From: the human T2T-CHM13v2.0 reference genome, Homo sapiens
Reading direction: 5' to 3' (one strand)
DNA length: 64,000 nt
NCBI RefSeq assembly: GCF_009914755.1
Contig: NC_060927.1
A model generated the notes under the pieces. The model did not search any database, was not told the origin of the DNA, and saw only the letters and a list, made by a program, of their open reading frames with translations. The stretch's first letter is position 1, and each line of letters opens with the position of its first letter. Of the stretch, positions 46,915 to 62,800 are shown in pieces. The translations under genes and the position numbers were made by a program.

Positions 46915-47079
46915 TTTTTTTTCCTCTTTCTTTCTCTTTCTTTTTCCCTTCCTTCCTTCCCTCTCTCCTTTCTTTCATTTTTCTCTCTCTCCTTTCTTTT
47001 CTTTCTCTCTTTCTCTTTCTCTTTCTTTCTTACTTCCTTCCTTCCCTCCCTCCCTCCTTCTTCTCTCTTTCTTTCTTCC

Positions 47080-47089
<10 letters not shown>
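46915..47089. repeat. Polypyrimidine low-complexity tract (CT/CTTT/CCTT) at an Alu tail
   Basis: About 175 bp of almost pure C/T. Confidence 0.9.
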
Positions 47090-47363
<274 letters not shown>

Positions 47364-48474
47364 GAACTTCCTTTTAAAGAAAATTTCTGGATACAGACTG
47401 ATATTCAAACTGACAGCACTAGTTTTCTCTTTTTAATTAAATCTTACCTGGGAAATAGACTGTCTGACTGACACTGTTAATTTTTATAAACGTCATTAAA
47501 TATCAGAAGATTTTTGAAAAATGAAACAGCTCCACAGATAAGTCTGCATGCAGAAAATATCTAAACTCTTAGATTACCCAGTCAAGCTCTACTTCTCATC
47601 TTGATCTGCATGTTACTGATTGTTAAATTAGAAAAATGAAGTTAATTATATTGTATACATTCTAGCATATACTCATAAAAGCATATATACTATAAGTATT
47701 TAGTCAGTTTCTAAATTACCAATACATTGATATATTAATGATCTAAATGTCAGTTTCTGAGTAGTATATTTCTAACTTACTTTGTAATTTTCCAAAGGAA
47801 AAAAATCCTATAAATGATTTCAAAGTACCCAAGCTATTAAATAGACATATTATATATATATATATGATACCTCAATTATAATACATACAGCATGATAGAA
47901 ACTTACCATCATGCTTAGCAGTGTGTGAATTTTTACAATGTGCACAGAATTCCAGGAAAGCAAAGATAAGTCTGACTCATTTTTAATTGAACCAGGGATT
48001 ACTTCACCTCAATGGGCAATGCCGTTCTGTTAGAGTAGAATGAATTCTCTTTCAGTTCTATAACAATAGCAAATCCTATCACTTTGAAGGCTGTAGAGGG
48101 CAAATAGATGGATATCTTAAGCACACTAGGCTTCGGACCAATTAGTTGTAGTCATTTAATAATTATTCAAAGGCCTGTTAAACCCAAAGTCTGTGCTCTT
48201 GTCACCAGAAACACCAGAAAAACAATTTTTTAATAGTTGAGTTAATAGGGAATAATTTCAAATCATTTATCTTCTTTCAGTAATTTCAAATACACAGTAG
48301 TCAATAAGAAGTTAGAATAAATAGTGGCCCATTGGAAAAAGTCAAGATAGTGGACACTAAGAACCTGATCAAGAGCTTAAAGAAACCAACAAGGGTAGAA
48401 TCACAAAATTCCAAAAGAAAATCCTAGTTGATTAACTTATTTTGTTGATTTGCAAGAACTATTGTTATGGATAC

Positions 48475-49918
48475 TGTGTCTGGAATTGGTGGGTTCTTGG
48501 TCTCACTGACTTCAAGAATGAAGTCACGGATCCTCGCGGTGAGTGTTACAGCTCTTAGGGTGGTGCGTCTGGAGTTTGTTCCTTCTGGTGTTCCGATGTG
48601 TTCGGAGTTTCTTCCTTCTGGTGGGTTCGTGGTTTTGCTGGCTCAGGAGTGAAGCTGCAGACCTTCGCGGTGAGTGTTACAGCTGATAAAGGCAGTGTGA
48701 ACCCAAAGGGTGAGCAGCAGCAAGAGTTATTGCAAAGAGCAAAAGAACAAACCTTCCACAGTGTGGAAGGGGACCCCTGCGGGTTGCCACTGCTGGCTCA
48801 GGCACCCTGCTTTTATTCTCTTACCTGGCCCCACCCACATCCTGCTGATTGGTAGAGCTGAGTGGTCTGTTTTGACAGAGTGCTGATTGGTGCCTTTACA
48901 ATCCCTGAGCTAGACACAAAGGTTCTCCTCCCCACCAGATTAGCTAGAAACAGAGTGTGGACACAAAGGTTGTCCAAGGCCCCACCAGAGTAGCTAGATA
49001 CAGAGTGTCGATTGATGCAGTCACAAACCCTGAGCTAGACACAGGGTGCTGATTGGTGTGTTTACAAACCTTGAGCTAGATACAGAGTGGGGATTGGTGT
49101 GTTTATAATCCCTGAGCTAGACATAAAGGTTCGCCTCCTCCCCACCAGATTAGCTAGATACAGAGTGCGGATTGGTGCACTCACAAACCCTGAGCTAGAC
49201 ACAGGGTGCCGATTGGTGTATTTACAATCCCTGAGCTAGACGTAAAGGTTCTCCACGTCCCCACCAGACTCAGGAGCCCAGCTGGCTTCACCCAGTGGAT
49301 CCTGCACCGGGGCTGCAGATGGAGCTGTCTCCCAGTCCAGCACCGTGGGCCCGCACTCCTCAGCCCTTGGGTGGTCGATGGGACTGGGCGCCGTGGAGCA
49401 GGGGGTGGCGCTTGTCGAGGAGGCTCGGGCCGCACAGGAGCCCACAGAGGGGATGGGAGGCTCAGGCATGGCGGGCTGCAGGTCCCGAGCCCTGCCCCAC
49501 GGGAAGGCAGCTAAGGCCTGGCGAGAAATCGAGGGCAGCGCCGGTGGGCTGGCACTGCTGGGGGACCCAGTACACCCTCCACAGCTGCTGGCCCGGGTGC
49601 TAAGCCCCTCATTGCCTGGGGCCGGCAGGGCCGGCCCGCTGCTCCGAGTGCAGAGCCCGCCAAGCCCACGCCCACCCGGAACTCCAGCTGGCCAGCAAGC
49701 GCCGCGCGCAGCCCCGGTTCCCGCTCGCGCCTCTCCCTCCACACCTCCCTGCAAGCTGAGGGAGCAGGCTCCGGCCTCGGCCGGCCCAGAAAGAGGCTCC
49801 CACAGTGCAGCAGTGGGCTGAAGGGCTCCTCAAGTGCCACCAAAGTGGGAGCCCAGGCAGAGGAGGCGCCCAGAGCGAGCGAGGGCTGTGAGGACTGCCA
49901 GCACGCTGTCACCTCTCA
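48475..49918 (-). mobile_element. Solo LTR12C (ERV9)
   Basis: Minus strand TGAGAGGTGACAGCGTGCTGGC...CCAATTCCAGACACA, 1444 bp, 4-bp TSD ATAC; GC/CpG-rich U3; tandem CCAAT-containing units. Confidence 0.96.
48848..49216 (-). promoter_or_regulatory. LTR12C enhancer array with six CCAAT (NF-Y) boxes
   Basis: ATTGG on + at 48848, 48886, 49052, 49093, 49171 and 49212, one mutated copy near 49011; AATAAAA TATA-like element at 48817-48811. Confidence 0.8.
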
Positions 49919-51299
49919 ATACTTCTCCCTCAGTATGATAAACGGTCTATAGAATGGCATCAACGTTTCAGCAGACCAGTGCAGATTTACCATGGAGCTG
50001 ATGGAGGTAAATTTCTACAGACTCTTCCCTAAGGCCTGGGAGGATCCCTTTTGCAACCATGTGGTCTTATGTTGTTATAAAGTTTACAAAATATTCTTAT
50101 CCTTTAAACTTCCTTTTTGTTACTCTTCTATTAATGAAGTGTGCCCATGGAGTGGCCATAGGGAAAATGAGTTGGGAAAACATTTGGTTTGAGTTCACTG
50201 CAATATGTTTATGTGGCTTGCATTTACTGAATATAAAAGTATTTGAGTGCTATACACTAGTAGCAATGAGCACGCAGATCTAGCACACAAACCATCTCCG
50301 CCTAAAGGAATCAGGGCTTTTGGGACTTATGGATGGTATGGATGGTACCAGGGTTGGGGCAGATATAAAGTAAGCCTGCTGAATAACTTCTTAATCAAGA
50401 ACATAAAGTGCTCAGAAATATACGAACATGTACAGAGACTCGGGAGCCAGCTTGAAGGGGCTCCCAGTGGCCATGTATGAGGCAATTTGATGACCAAAAC
50501 ATTAAATACAGTAATGAATTATAAATTATTGAATGAATAGAAATTTATGAATCCACATGATAATAAATGAATAAACTAGCAAGTAACCTGAGGAAAAGAA
50601 AGCACGCACAATAATAAGGCACATGGATTAAAATATTAGCTATAGGTAAATCTGCGTAAGGGTCTATACAGTTATTCTTTTACTGTGTTTATTTTCAAAA
50701 ACTCTCTGTAAGGTTGAGGTTATTTTCAAATTAAAAGTTTTTTTTTTAAGTAGGTTATTGCTAATTTCTCCTGTGCAGGAATGATTTTCAGGAATACTCC
50801 TATGGCCACTGTGTCCAACTTATCCAGCAATGTGACCTCAAGATGCAGAGCCAGAGGTCATAGTGTGACAAAAATGGGTCCTGTATGACTCCGCACACAA
50901 AATATAGGCTAGTAGAAAGAAAAAAAAAAAAAAAAACACCGTTTAAAATGCATTAATTTAGAAGATAATGTGTAGGAACTTTTTCTATCAGCTGTAACAA
51001 CTGACATTTAAGTTCTTATTAGCTCCTAATCCATAAGAAGATCTCTTCTTATAGAAATATAATTGGTATTACGGGGTATGCAATTATAAACATAATCTTT
51101 ATTTCAAAATTTGGTTAGAAACTATGCAAAATAGAATGTATTGTAATATCTGTGTCTGATGGGGCCAAATGTGAAGTAATGCTATAATAGTGAGTACATC
51201 TGTGAGTGAAAATTTGTATCTTATACATCCCAACATATGGGATCATGTCTGCACATATCTGCTTTTACCTTGCCCTGACAAGTCTGGAGCTTTCAGATA

Positions 51300-51700
51300 A
51301 AACAGCATGCAAAATTGCTTCTGACACAGCGAAATGGTCTGAAGAAAAAAAGTGTTCCTACATTTTCTATCAATGATTCAATTCATGTAATATAGTAATT
51401 ACTTGATCATACAATTAGGTAACCCAATACACCATGTCAGACAATTTCAAAAGCGTTTGAATTGCTCCTGTCTATGGCATATCGAATAGTGAGTTATAAA
51501 GTTGAAAGAAACTCTTTTAAACTCAAGAATGAAAATATTTTGATCAATCACGCTAAAGCAAATATTGAATTATGCTTCTATTGTATGTAGAATACAATAT
51601 CACAACATTATTATCTTATGAAGAGAGTCAAACTATATGGAACCAAAAGTATAGAAAAAAAATTATAGAGTATCAGATAGTTAAGTAATGAGAAATCTTA
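51300..51700 (+). mobile_element. hAT (Tip100/Zaphod-like) transposase 3' relic
   Basis: GAAAGAAACTCTTTTAAACTC...TTGATCAATCACGCTAAAG...TGAATTATGCTTCTATT resembles the hAT dimerisation-domain region; very diverged. Confidence 0.4.
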
Positions 51701-51774
51701 TGTAATTTTCTGGATTTTTTTTTTCTTTTTTTTTTTTTTTACATTTATGCTGTTTGTCAGCTTTAAAAAAAATT

Positions 51775-52060
<286 letters not shown>

Positions 52061-52324
52061 TATTTGGTAACTAGTAATTATTTCCTGATTCTAATAAACA
52101 TTGTTTTCCTCTATCGGCAGACATATAATGTCTCATTGTGACTCTTTTTGTGATATTGACAGTCATTAATGATCATTGCCTGGGTCCTTTAATTTATTAG
52201 AGGGTGAAAGATTGGAAGATTTTAATTCACTTACACCTTAATATAATAGTACAAATGCTTCCATAAAGAAAAACTTCCCTCTAGCTATGGTTACACAGTA
52301 GTATACTTTTCAAAGGAAAAGTAT

Positions 52325-53340
52325 GAGGGGTAATGAAGCCCATTTCATAATGATAAAGGGTTCAATTAATCAAGAGGACATAACAATGCTACTCATGTAT
52401 GCACCTAACAACAGAGTTTCAAAATAAAAAAAAAAAACTAAAAAATACTGATACAAATGCAAGTAGAAATAGACAAACTCACAATTAGCTGGAAATTTTA
52501 ATAACCCTCTCAATAATTGACCAAACAAGTAGACAGAAAATCAGTGACTATACAAAAGACTTGAACAATACTAATAACCAAATGGAACCAACTGACATTT
52601 ATATAACACTGTACTTAATGAGGAGAGAATGCACATTCTTTCTAAGTGTACACAGAAAATTTACCAAGAGATACCGTATTCTGTGCCATACAGCAAGTCT
52701 CAACAAATTTTAAAGGATGTAATTGTACAGTGTATGTTATGTGACCACAGTGGACTTAAATTAGATATTAGTCAGTGACAGGCATCTGAAAAAGTCCCTC
52801 ATATTTGGAAACTAAATGATACACTTCTGAATAGGCTATGAGTCAAAGGAAATTTCAAAAAGTAAAGTAGGAAGTATTTTGAACTAACTAAAATAAATAC
52901 ATACTCAAAATTAGTAGGATGCCACATAAGCAATCTTTAAAGGGAATTTTATAGCACTAAACCTACATTAGAAAAGTCTTAAATCAATGACTTCCACTTT
53001 AACCCTTAGAAACTAAAATTAAGTACAGTGCTTTTAACCCAAACTGAGCAGAAAAGATAAAATAATAAAGAACACAAATTAATGAAATAAAAAGCACTTA
53101 CAACTGTAATGAAAGCTATTTATTTTAGATGATTAATAAAATTTATAAACATCTAGCCTGACTGATCAGAGAGAAAAAAAAGATGATGAACAAAATACCA
53201 GTATTAGCAGTGAGTGAGAGAGATGATATCACTACCGATTTTATAAAGAATAAAAGAATGAAAAGAGAATGTATAACTCTATAATACCTTAGTTAACATA
53301 GTGGAAACAGAAAAATTCCTTGAGGATAGAATTATCCTGA
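52325..53340 (+). mobile_element. Old L1M ORF2 (endonuclease region) fragment
   Basis: CATTTCATAATGATAAAGGGTTCAATTAATCAAGAGGAC, ATGCACCTAACAACAGAG, GAATGCACATTCTT. Confidence 0.8.
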
Positions 53341-53469
53341 TACCAGATCTTGACAAAAACAATACAAGGAAAAATATGTCTATTATATACACATTTATAT
53401 TTATTTATTTTAAGGTAAAACACCTCATGAGTTCATATTCATACTTCCAAAATAAAATTCAGAGCTATA

Positions 53470-53818
<349 letters not shown>

Positions 53819-54200
53819 TCAGAACTATAGGATTTTTAATTATTCCCTTATAACATCTTTATCTTCTTTCTTTAACATGTCAAGTATCTTGGTTCTCAAG
53901 AACAATAAAGATACGTAATTAGAATGTCACATCATTATGCCTTTGTTTTGTCCCATATTATACATTTTATTGTCTCAGAAAGCAATACCAATATCATCCC
54001 TGATATTATGATAATTGAAAATATTTAAATATTTTAGTATGTTATTTCTTTATCTCTCCCAGATAATGCAGTAAATTTGTTCTCTCCTTGGAAAAATTAA
54101 AACGCCCACATTTTTCTGACCTGAAATAAAATGTAAGGTTTAAGCTGACACGCATGTGATATAAGAAAGATACTAGACTTTATAATTAGACACACTGTGA

Positions 54201-54571
<371 letters not shown>

Positions 54572-56439
54572 GGTCGTTTATCTCTTGAAACTGTTTTCTT
54601 CATCCGTGGAATGGAGATTATCTCTACATTTCATAACTGTTAAGTATTAACATTCATGTGTTACACTTAAAGTGCCTAGCATATGGTAAGGGCTCAATAA
54701 ATAAAAGTTATTGTATCTGAAGGAAATATAAAGATAGACAAGATGGCCCAAAAGCATGTTGGATATGTTACTAAGAAGTATCGTTCACATTCCTACTCTA
54801 CAATGTGGCTATAAGTGTACGCAGGAATGACTCAGGTGAACATTTATTATTCTTAGTATATGTTTACACACATACTATGTCAGAAATCCTGAGTACTTTC
54901 ACAAACATTTACGCTCTAAATGCTGTCAGTGAATCAGTAAGTTATTAATGTTTTCTTTTACGTTTGAAGAAATCGACTCACAGTTAAAGTGGCTTCGAGG
55001 TCACAGTAATATAGAGATTCTTGCCCGGAGACAAGAAAGAGCACTGAGTTATAATGCCAAAGTGACCAGCATCGTGACTTTGGAATTATAACTCGGTGCT
55101 CTGTCTTGTCTCCGGCACAAGAAGCTCTATATTACTGTGAAGCATGTCTATAACCAAGGCATTACACGAATGGAGCAGTGCAAATGGTAGGAGGCTGTCT
55201 AATTTCCCTTTAGAAGTTCTAGTACTACTGCTGTCTTCCTCTTTATTTTCTCCAGAGCACACATTGTGAGGCCAAGATAATGTGTTTATTGAGGGACTTT
55301 ACTGGGGACACGTTCAGGAACTTTTCAGTAGAGAGGTTTGGCCAAGAGGTGCTGGTATATTTTCCATGGGATACATTTTTCAGCTGAAGATGTGATTGGA
55401 GGATTATCTCCCAGCAGTCACTGCTTGTTAAGCTCTTTTATTTTCTTCATTTGAAAGGTTTGTGGAATTATGCTGTGATCCACTTGTAGTGGAATACAGA
55501 GTAGAGACAAACAAACCACTAGAAATGGGATACAGACTAGAGGAAAACACACTTTATTGTCTTACTCAAGGACGCTATTGGCTGGAAGAAGACTTAAACG
55601 AGTTGCTGTCTGCCAGACCACAGCATGAGGCCGACAAACAGAAAACAATGAGGTCATGCAGAAGTAGCTCATTACGCTGAACCCAAAAATAGAAGCCTGA
55701 CAACCCAGCTTGGTGTGATGTTGAAAAGCACTGGACTGGCAGTCAAGACATGTGGGTTCCAGTCCTAGTGTTAGTGGCAACTTGATGTATGGTTTTAGTC
55801 AATTCCTCCTGTTTTTGGCCGCAGTGTCTCTGCTTATGAACAAATAATGAAGGAATAAGATTAGATAACACCTATGGCCTTTGCTAGTATGGCAATCAAT
55901 AAATATATATTTATTTAGCACCCACTATGTGCCAGGAATTTTACTATGTCCTGGGAAAACATTAGTAAACAAAACAGACTTGATGCCTGCCTTCATTTCA
56001 ACATGAAGAAAGAGCCAACAAATGGATTTATCTGGCCTTCACAGGCCTCGAATATCCTCTGGGGAGTAAGAACACTCCAGTTCTTTTGCTATGCCCGAAA
56101 GGGGATATACATTTGTATTAAAATTGCAACTTTTCTGCCATTCTCTACCTTACACTCTCATTATTTCTTACTGGAGTGGTAACAGTCACCTCTTCACCAG
56201 TCTCCTTGTTCCCATTGTCAGTCTTCGTATAACCATGCAAATTGTTATCAGAAATTGTTATCAGTGTTTTCAGAAACTGTCAATATCATTCTTCTTTTCA
56301 AAAGTCTTATTTTCCCTGGGACACACAAAAGTAAGTACAAATTTCTTAAGATGAAATTGAAAGACTCCCGTAGTCAGCCTGAAATCCCCTCTCTTATTTT
56401 CATCCATTACATGTATACATGTATTAGTCTATGCTTTGC

Positions 56440-56744
56440 TGTTGTTGTTGTTTTTCTTTTTTTGAGACAGAGTCTTGCTCTGTTGCCCAGGCTGGAGTAC
56501 AGTGGCATGATCTTGGCTCACTGCAGCCTCCACCTCCTGAATTCAGGCGATTCTTGTGCCTCAGCCTCCTGATACCTAAGACTACAGGTGTGCACCACCA
56601 CGCCAGGCTAATTTTTGTATCTTTAGTAGAGACAAAGTTTTGCCATGTTGGCCAGGCTGGTCTCGAACTCTTGGCCTGAAGTGATGTCCCCTCCTCAGCC
56701 TCCCAAAGTGCTGGGATTACACGCATGAGCCACCGCACTAGGCC
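56440..56744 (-). mobile_element. Alu (AluS)
   Basis: Reverse Alu; TSD TAGTCT(A/G)TG. Confidence 0.93.
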
Positions 56745-57125
56745 TAGTCTGTGTTTTAAAGGAGACAAGCTACTTAACAGCTATAATCCCTATCGCAATC
56801 TGAGTTGTCAGTTTCTGTCACTACACCAAGAGCTCTTGGAGAGCAGGGATGGCTCCTTATATATCTCTGAGTCCTGGTGGCAAAACTGCACTTGGTGGCA
56901 CACTAGGCACTGTAAGTGTTTGTGGAATTGATTGGTTGCTCTTTTAGCAGGATCTCTCCCTACCTGTTTTGTCTCTCACACTACAACCTCTCAATAAATA
57001 ACTGCTGAATGTTGTCTAAACTAGTGCTGCTGATTGTTGTCTAAACTAGTATGATCTTTGAACTGCTAACATCGGCTTGATCTAGGAACTTGTTAGAAAT
57101 GCAAATTCTTAAGACTTGATCCAAG

Positions 57126-57664
<539 letters not shown>

Positions 57665-58149
57665 CAAGAGTGTGGGAATTAGGAAATCTCCAGAATCGTT
57701 ATGCATGCTAAAGTTTGAGAAGCACATTCCTAAACCATTACCAGGAACGAACTTACAGATTCTGGGAAGATGCTGACTCATGTTTCATTTAATAAAAATG
57801 TGGTTATTTAACCAGTGCCAAAACGCCAAGGCTGGGGATTCCATTAGTTGGTAGAATCTTAAGACATAGCCAAGATAAAGCCTGAGTATTGGCAAAGGTG
57901 GGACAAAAGGCAAGAATTTTTAAAGTCGCTTTGCTTATGATGGCTCCAGCTGTAGTGTTCTGCCCCACTCCCAATGAAAAATAGCAAAAATCAGCACTTG
58001 CTAAGTTCACACAGTATAATGAAACTCCCCTGTAGTATAGTGTTGCTGTGTGTTAGTCAAGGGCTAGGAGGGTGTTAATATGTTAAGCCTCACAGAAAAT
58101 ACAATTTTATTGTATAGGAACCTTTATAATACCAATCCTTTATTCACTA

Positions 58150-59130
58150 ATTAGATCATTTATTATTTCCACTAATATTTATTGAGAGCCAATGATGTAT
58201 AATCTGTATGCTAACTATTGTGGAGTTACACAAATAAGTAAAAGGCACAGGCTTCACAGTTAAATTGCTGACAGTGTAATGGAGGTAACGCACAATGAAT
58301 ATGCAGTTTTAAAACAATGCCATTTGTATTAACTAGGAGTAAATACCAGCTGTCAAACAGCCCAGCACATGAACACTAACCCAGTTTAGAGGGCTCAGAG
58401 AGGCTTCCTGGAAAATATAGTATGTTAGTTGAGGCCAGTAGCATCAGTAGGAATTATTTAGGCGATGGGTGCAAGGAGAAGGAATGAAGTGGGGAATAGT
58501 GTGAAAGGATGTTGCATGTAAAAGATATTGCATTTATATAAGCCAGAAAACAGGGTGGGAACCGCAGCAAGGTGCCTTCATAGGACTGTAGCTTGTTCAT
58601 ACTGGACAAAACGTAGAGTACAAAATGGAGTGAGGAGAAATGAGGGTGGTGAGATACAGGACCAAATTGTGCAAGTCTCCTAAACCACAATAAAGTCTTC
58701 TAAACCATATTTGTCCTGGAGAAGGAGTGAAGGAGATTAGAGTGGGTGGGTGGCAATCAGCCAGAAAGCACTGAAAGGTTTTAAAGCGGTGAAATAGCTA
58801 CAGTCTATTTCTGCTGTAGAAGTAGTGTGGCTACAATGTGCGTAACATTGGAATGGGACAAGACTGGAGGCAGGGAGGCCACATAGAAGAATGGTGACTT
58901 GAACTAAGTTGCAATGGAGAAGGAAGAGAGGTGGACTCAAGAGGGTAAGTACTAAGAAGCAACAGCTTGATGGTATACTGGATGTGGAATCTAAGGTGGT
59001 GCCTAAGTTCAGCCTTGGGTAAAACAGTGGGTTCACTGAGATAGGGAATTCGAGAGTTGTAGTGCAGTGGGGATCCAGGGTTGGAGGGGACAGGAGTTTT
59101 GAGACAGTGATGACTAAGTGACCTGCTTTA
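58150..59130 (-). mobile_element. L2 relic
   Basis: ATATTTATTGAG start; AAGACTGGAGGCAGGGAGGCC and GAAAGGTTTTAAAGC motifs typical of L2; boundaries approximate. Confidence 0.55.
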
Positions 59131-59191
59131 ACCCCAAAGTGAGAGCATATTTGAAAGCTGTAAGCCTGTTGCTCTTCAAAAGCACACTGTG

Positions 59192-59490
59192 GGCCGGTGT
59201 GGTGGCTCATGCCTGTAATCCCAGCACTTTGGGAGGCCGAGGCAGGCAGAGCACTTGAAGTCAGGAGTTCGAAACCAGCCTGGCCAACATGGTGAAACCC
59301 CGTCTCTACTGAAAATACAAAAAAATTAGCCAGACGTGGTGGCAGGTGCCTGTGATCCCAGCTACTCAGGAGGAGGGAAGAGAATCGCTTGAACCTGGAA
59401 GGCGAAGGTTGCAGTGAGCCGAGATTGAGCCAGTACACTCCAGCCTGGGTGACAGAGCAAGACTCTATCTCAAACAACAACAACAACAAA
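59192..59490 (+). mobile_element. Alu (AluS) with (CAA)n tail
   Basis: Full dimer. Confidence 0.95.
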
Positions 59491-59502
59491 CCACACACAA
59501 AA

Positions 59503-59503
<1 letters not shown>

Positions 59504-59542
<39 letters not shown>
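59504..59542. repeat. (CA)n microsatellite
   Basis: About 19 perfect CA units. Confidence 0.95.
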
Positions 59543-59546
<4 letters not shown>

Positions 59547-59967
59547 TGTGGAACTACCAGTTCTCTTCTGAATTTCCATGCTATTTCTGAATGAATATGC
59601 TTCATTGCGCAGAACAAGGGCGTACTGGGCACTCTGGATCAAAGGTGAGGCTTAGCAGTAAAATCGCTTTTTGTCCCACTATGCAGTTCAGTGAGCCAAG
59701 GAAAAGATTGAAGACCAAAGATGCTGCTCTTGTGTTGCTCTATAACCTGCATTTTAATTTTTTAGTTTGTGAAGTGGGAGAAATATTAACTTATTTTTCA
59801 CAGCTGACCTAAAAACTTTTTAATTAAATATAAAACATCCTAAAAATTGAATTTGATTATACATGCCTAAACAACAAACTTGCACAACTTAATTTTTTAA
59901 AAAAATCCTAATCTGCAAAACTTAATCATTCTGGAACTGTTCTGAAGCCACAAGCCCTGAATTTTAC

Positions 59968-60282
59968 TTATTTTTGTTTGTTTGTTTATATTTTTTAATA
60001 TAGAGTCTTGCCCTGTCACCCAGGCTGGAGTGCAGTGGTGCAATCACAACTCACTACAGCCCTGAGTTCCTAGGCCCAAGCATTCCTCCCACCTCAGCTT
60101 CCTGAGTAGCTGGGTCTATAGGTACATGACACGCCATCTAGCTAATTAAAAAAAACAAAAATTATAGAGGTAGAGTCTCTCTGTGTTGCCCAGGTTGGTC
60201 TCAAACTCCTGGGCTCAAGCAATCCTCCTATCTCAGCCTCTCAAAGTGCTGGGGTTACAGGCATGAGCCACGGTGCCCAGCC
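59968..60282 (-). mobile_element. Alu (AluJ-like)
   Basis: Reverse Alu; TSD CCTGAATTTT. Confidence 0.9.
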
Positions 60283-61914
60283 CCTGAATTTTTGTAAATT
60301 GTGTGTTTGCCATCCCATCTCAAGCTCAGGGAGAATATAATATTCCTTCTACATGTTTAAAAACAGGTAATATATTAACCTAAGAAAACCTTGCTTTGGG
60401 ATTAGAAATGCAGAACCCTTTGCATACATTGCTGCTGTATATCTAAGCTTTTGGCCACTGGTTCTATATAATCTTCTGTTTAATGATCTATTGTCCTACT
60501 TTGATTTGAAGATGATGTTTTGAAGGAAAAAAAAATCCCATGATTTGTTTCATAGAATTGAGATTTGAGTCCTGGCTTTGTTATTGCCTAGCTGGGTGAC
60601 CGTTGGGCAGGCTTCTTTGTTGTTTATACCTCAACTATTTCATCTGGGCCTGTAAAAGTATTCCCTTCGGACACTCTTGATTCATAATTACTTTCTCAAG
60701 ATCATCACTGGCATTCAACTTGGTCCTGTGCTACATCAGTGCAACCTCCTCAGGCCCACATTTTTATCCTGGTAACATCTCTCTGTTTTTCTTAACTGCT
60801 TTTTCCTCTACCCCCTCATGCACACACAAGCTGTTTGGTTGGATAATTGAAACTAAAAATTGTACATTCTTGAAAATCCTAAGATATTTCTAAATGGAAC
60901 CTAAGTTTTTTCCTCTCTCTGTACCCTACAAATATTATTGCATCTGCTAAATAGCTTTCTGGAGCCCAACTTCAAATCAAGCATCTTGGAAATAGCAGAA
61001 ATATTTAAATTGCCTCTGAATTAGTTGTGAAAATAATAAGACATAAGATATAGGTATTTATAAAGGCTTCATTGATACTGCCAGTTCCTATAGAGTTCCC
61101 CGAATATATTGGCTGTTGCTCCAGTATAAAGCAATGAATAGTAATAATTTACAATGAGATGAATTGACTATTAAATTTATTAAATTCAGCAGGAATTTCT
61201 CCCTCTGGATTTAAGACCCACTACCATGCAGCTCAAACTCTGTCATTAGTTCCATCTTCCATTGAACCCCAAGGCCCTGTCAGATAATATGGATTATGTG
61301 CTTCATTTGAATATGCCTTTGCATTCACATTTCATGTCTGTACTCATGTTGACTCTTTGATTTGGCAGAATAATAGCCTGGTTATTAATAAGAGTCTACA
61401 TTTGCACAGGCATCTCCATGGTTTTTCCAATAACTGATTCCCATTTTGCAAAAGAAAACAGTGAAAACTCAGGAAAGAAATGCCATATTGCTAGAAAGCT
61501 ACAGATCTGAGATTAGAAACTAGGTTTCAAAGCTTCACCATGGCCATATTGCCTCTCCTGGTATGATTGAAATGCAAAGAAAGATACTTTTAATAAATGC
61601 AGCCATATATTGTGTTGTTTAATGAATTATATATGAACAAATATACACATATTCTGACCCAATATGTCAATAGTGCTGAGGCTGAGAATTATTGGTCTAC
61701 ACTGAGGGTACAGCAAACTTTTGAACTGGCATTCTAAGCACTGGTCTTTGAAACTGCTAGCAGTACTATGTAATATGCTGATGGAAGAAAGGGCTGACTC
61801 CTCCACAAAGTGCTTTTGCTCCAAATTTTAGTAGAATTGTGACAAATTTGCTGGTGAGATTTGAGGCTGAATTTTTTAGAATGAATTATATAGATTCTCA
61901 ACTTTAGCCTAGAA

Positions 61915-62712
<798 letters not shown>

Positions 62713-62800
62713 ATTATAGTGCAGAGCTTCTTAAACTTTAGTATGTGTATTAAATTTCTGCATATGTATAATATGTTAAACCGCATGCTGATTCTCTAGG

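Noticed and set aside
48860-49260. Repeated CCTGAGCTAGA units with intervening sequence, superficially CRISPR-like
   Set aside because: These are the normal LTR12 tandem enhancer units; spacers are not unique, there are no cas genes, and the DNA is eukaryotic.
49181-49912. Cluster of overlapping GC-rich ORFs that looks like a CpG-island gene promoter
   Set aside because: Entirely inside the LTR12C U3; high GC content suppresses stop codons.
51033-51052. Inverted repeat ATAAGAAGA-TC-TCTTCTTAT (similar short one at 27304-27319)
   Set aside because: Arms of 7-9 bp are expected occasionally in 64 kb of AT-rich DNA; no supporting context.
58737-59642. 301-aa minus-strand ORF, the second longest in the track
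   Set aside because: It is a (TG)n repeat (VCVCVC), an antisense Alu and an L2 relic read through by chance; no domain or gene structure.
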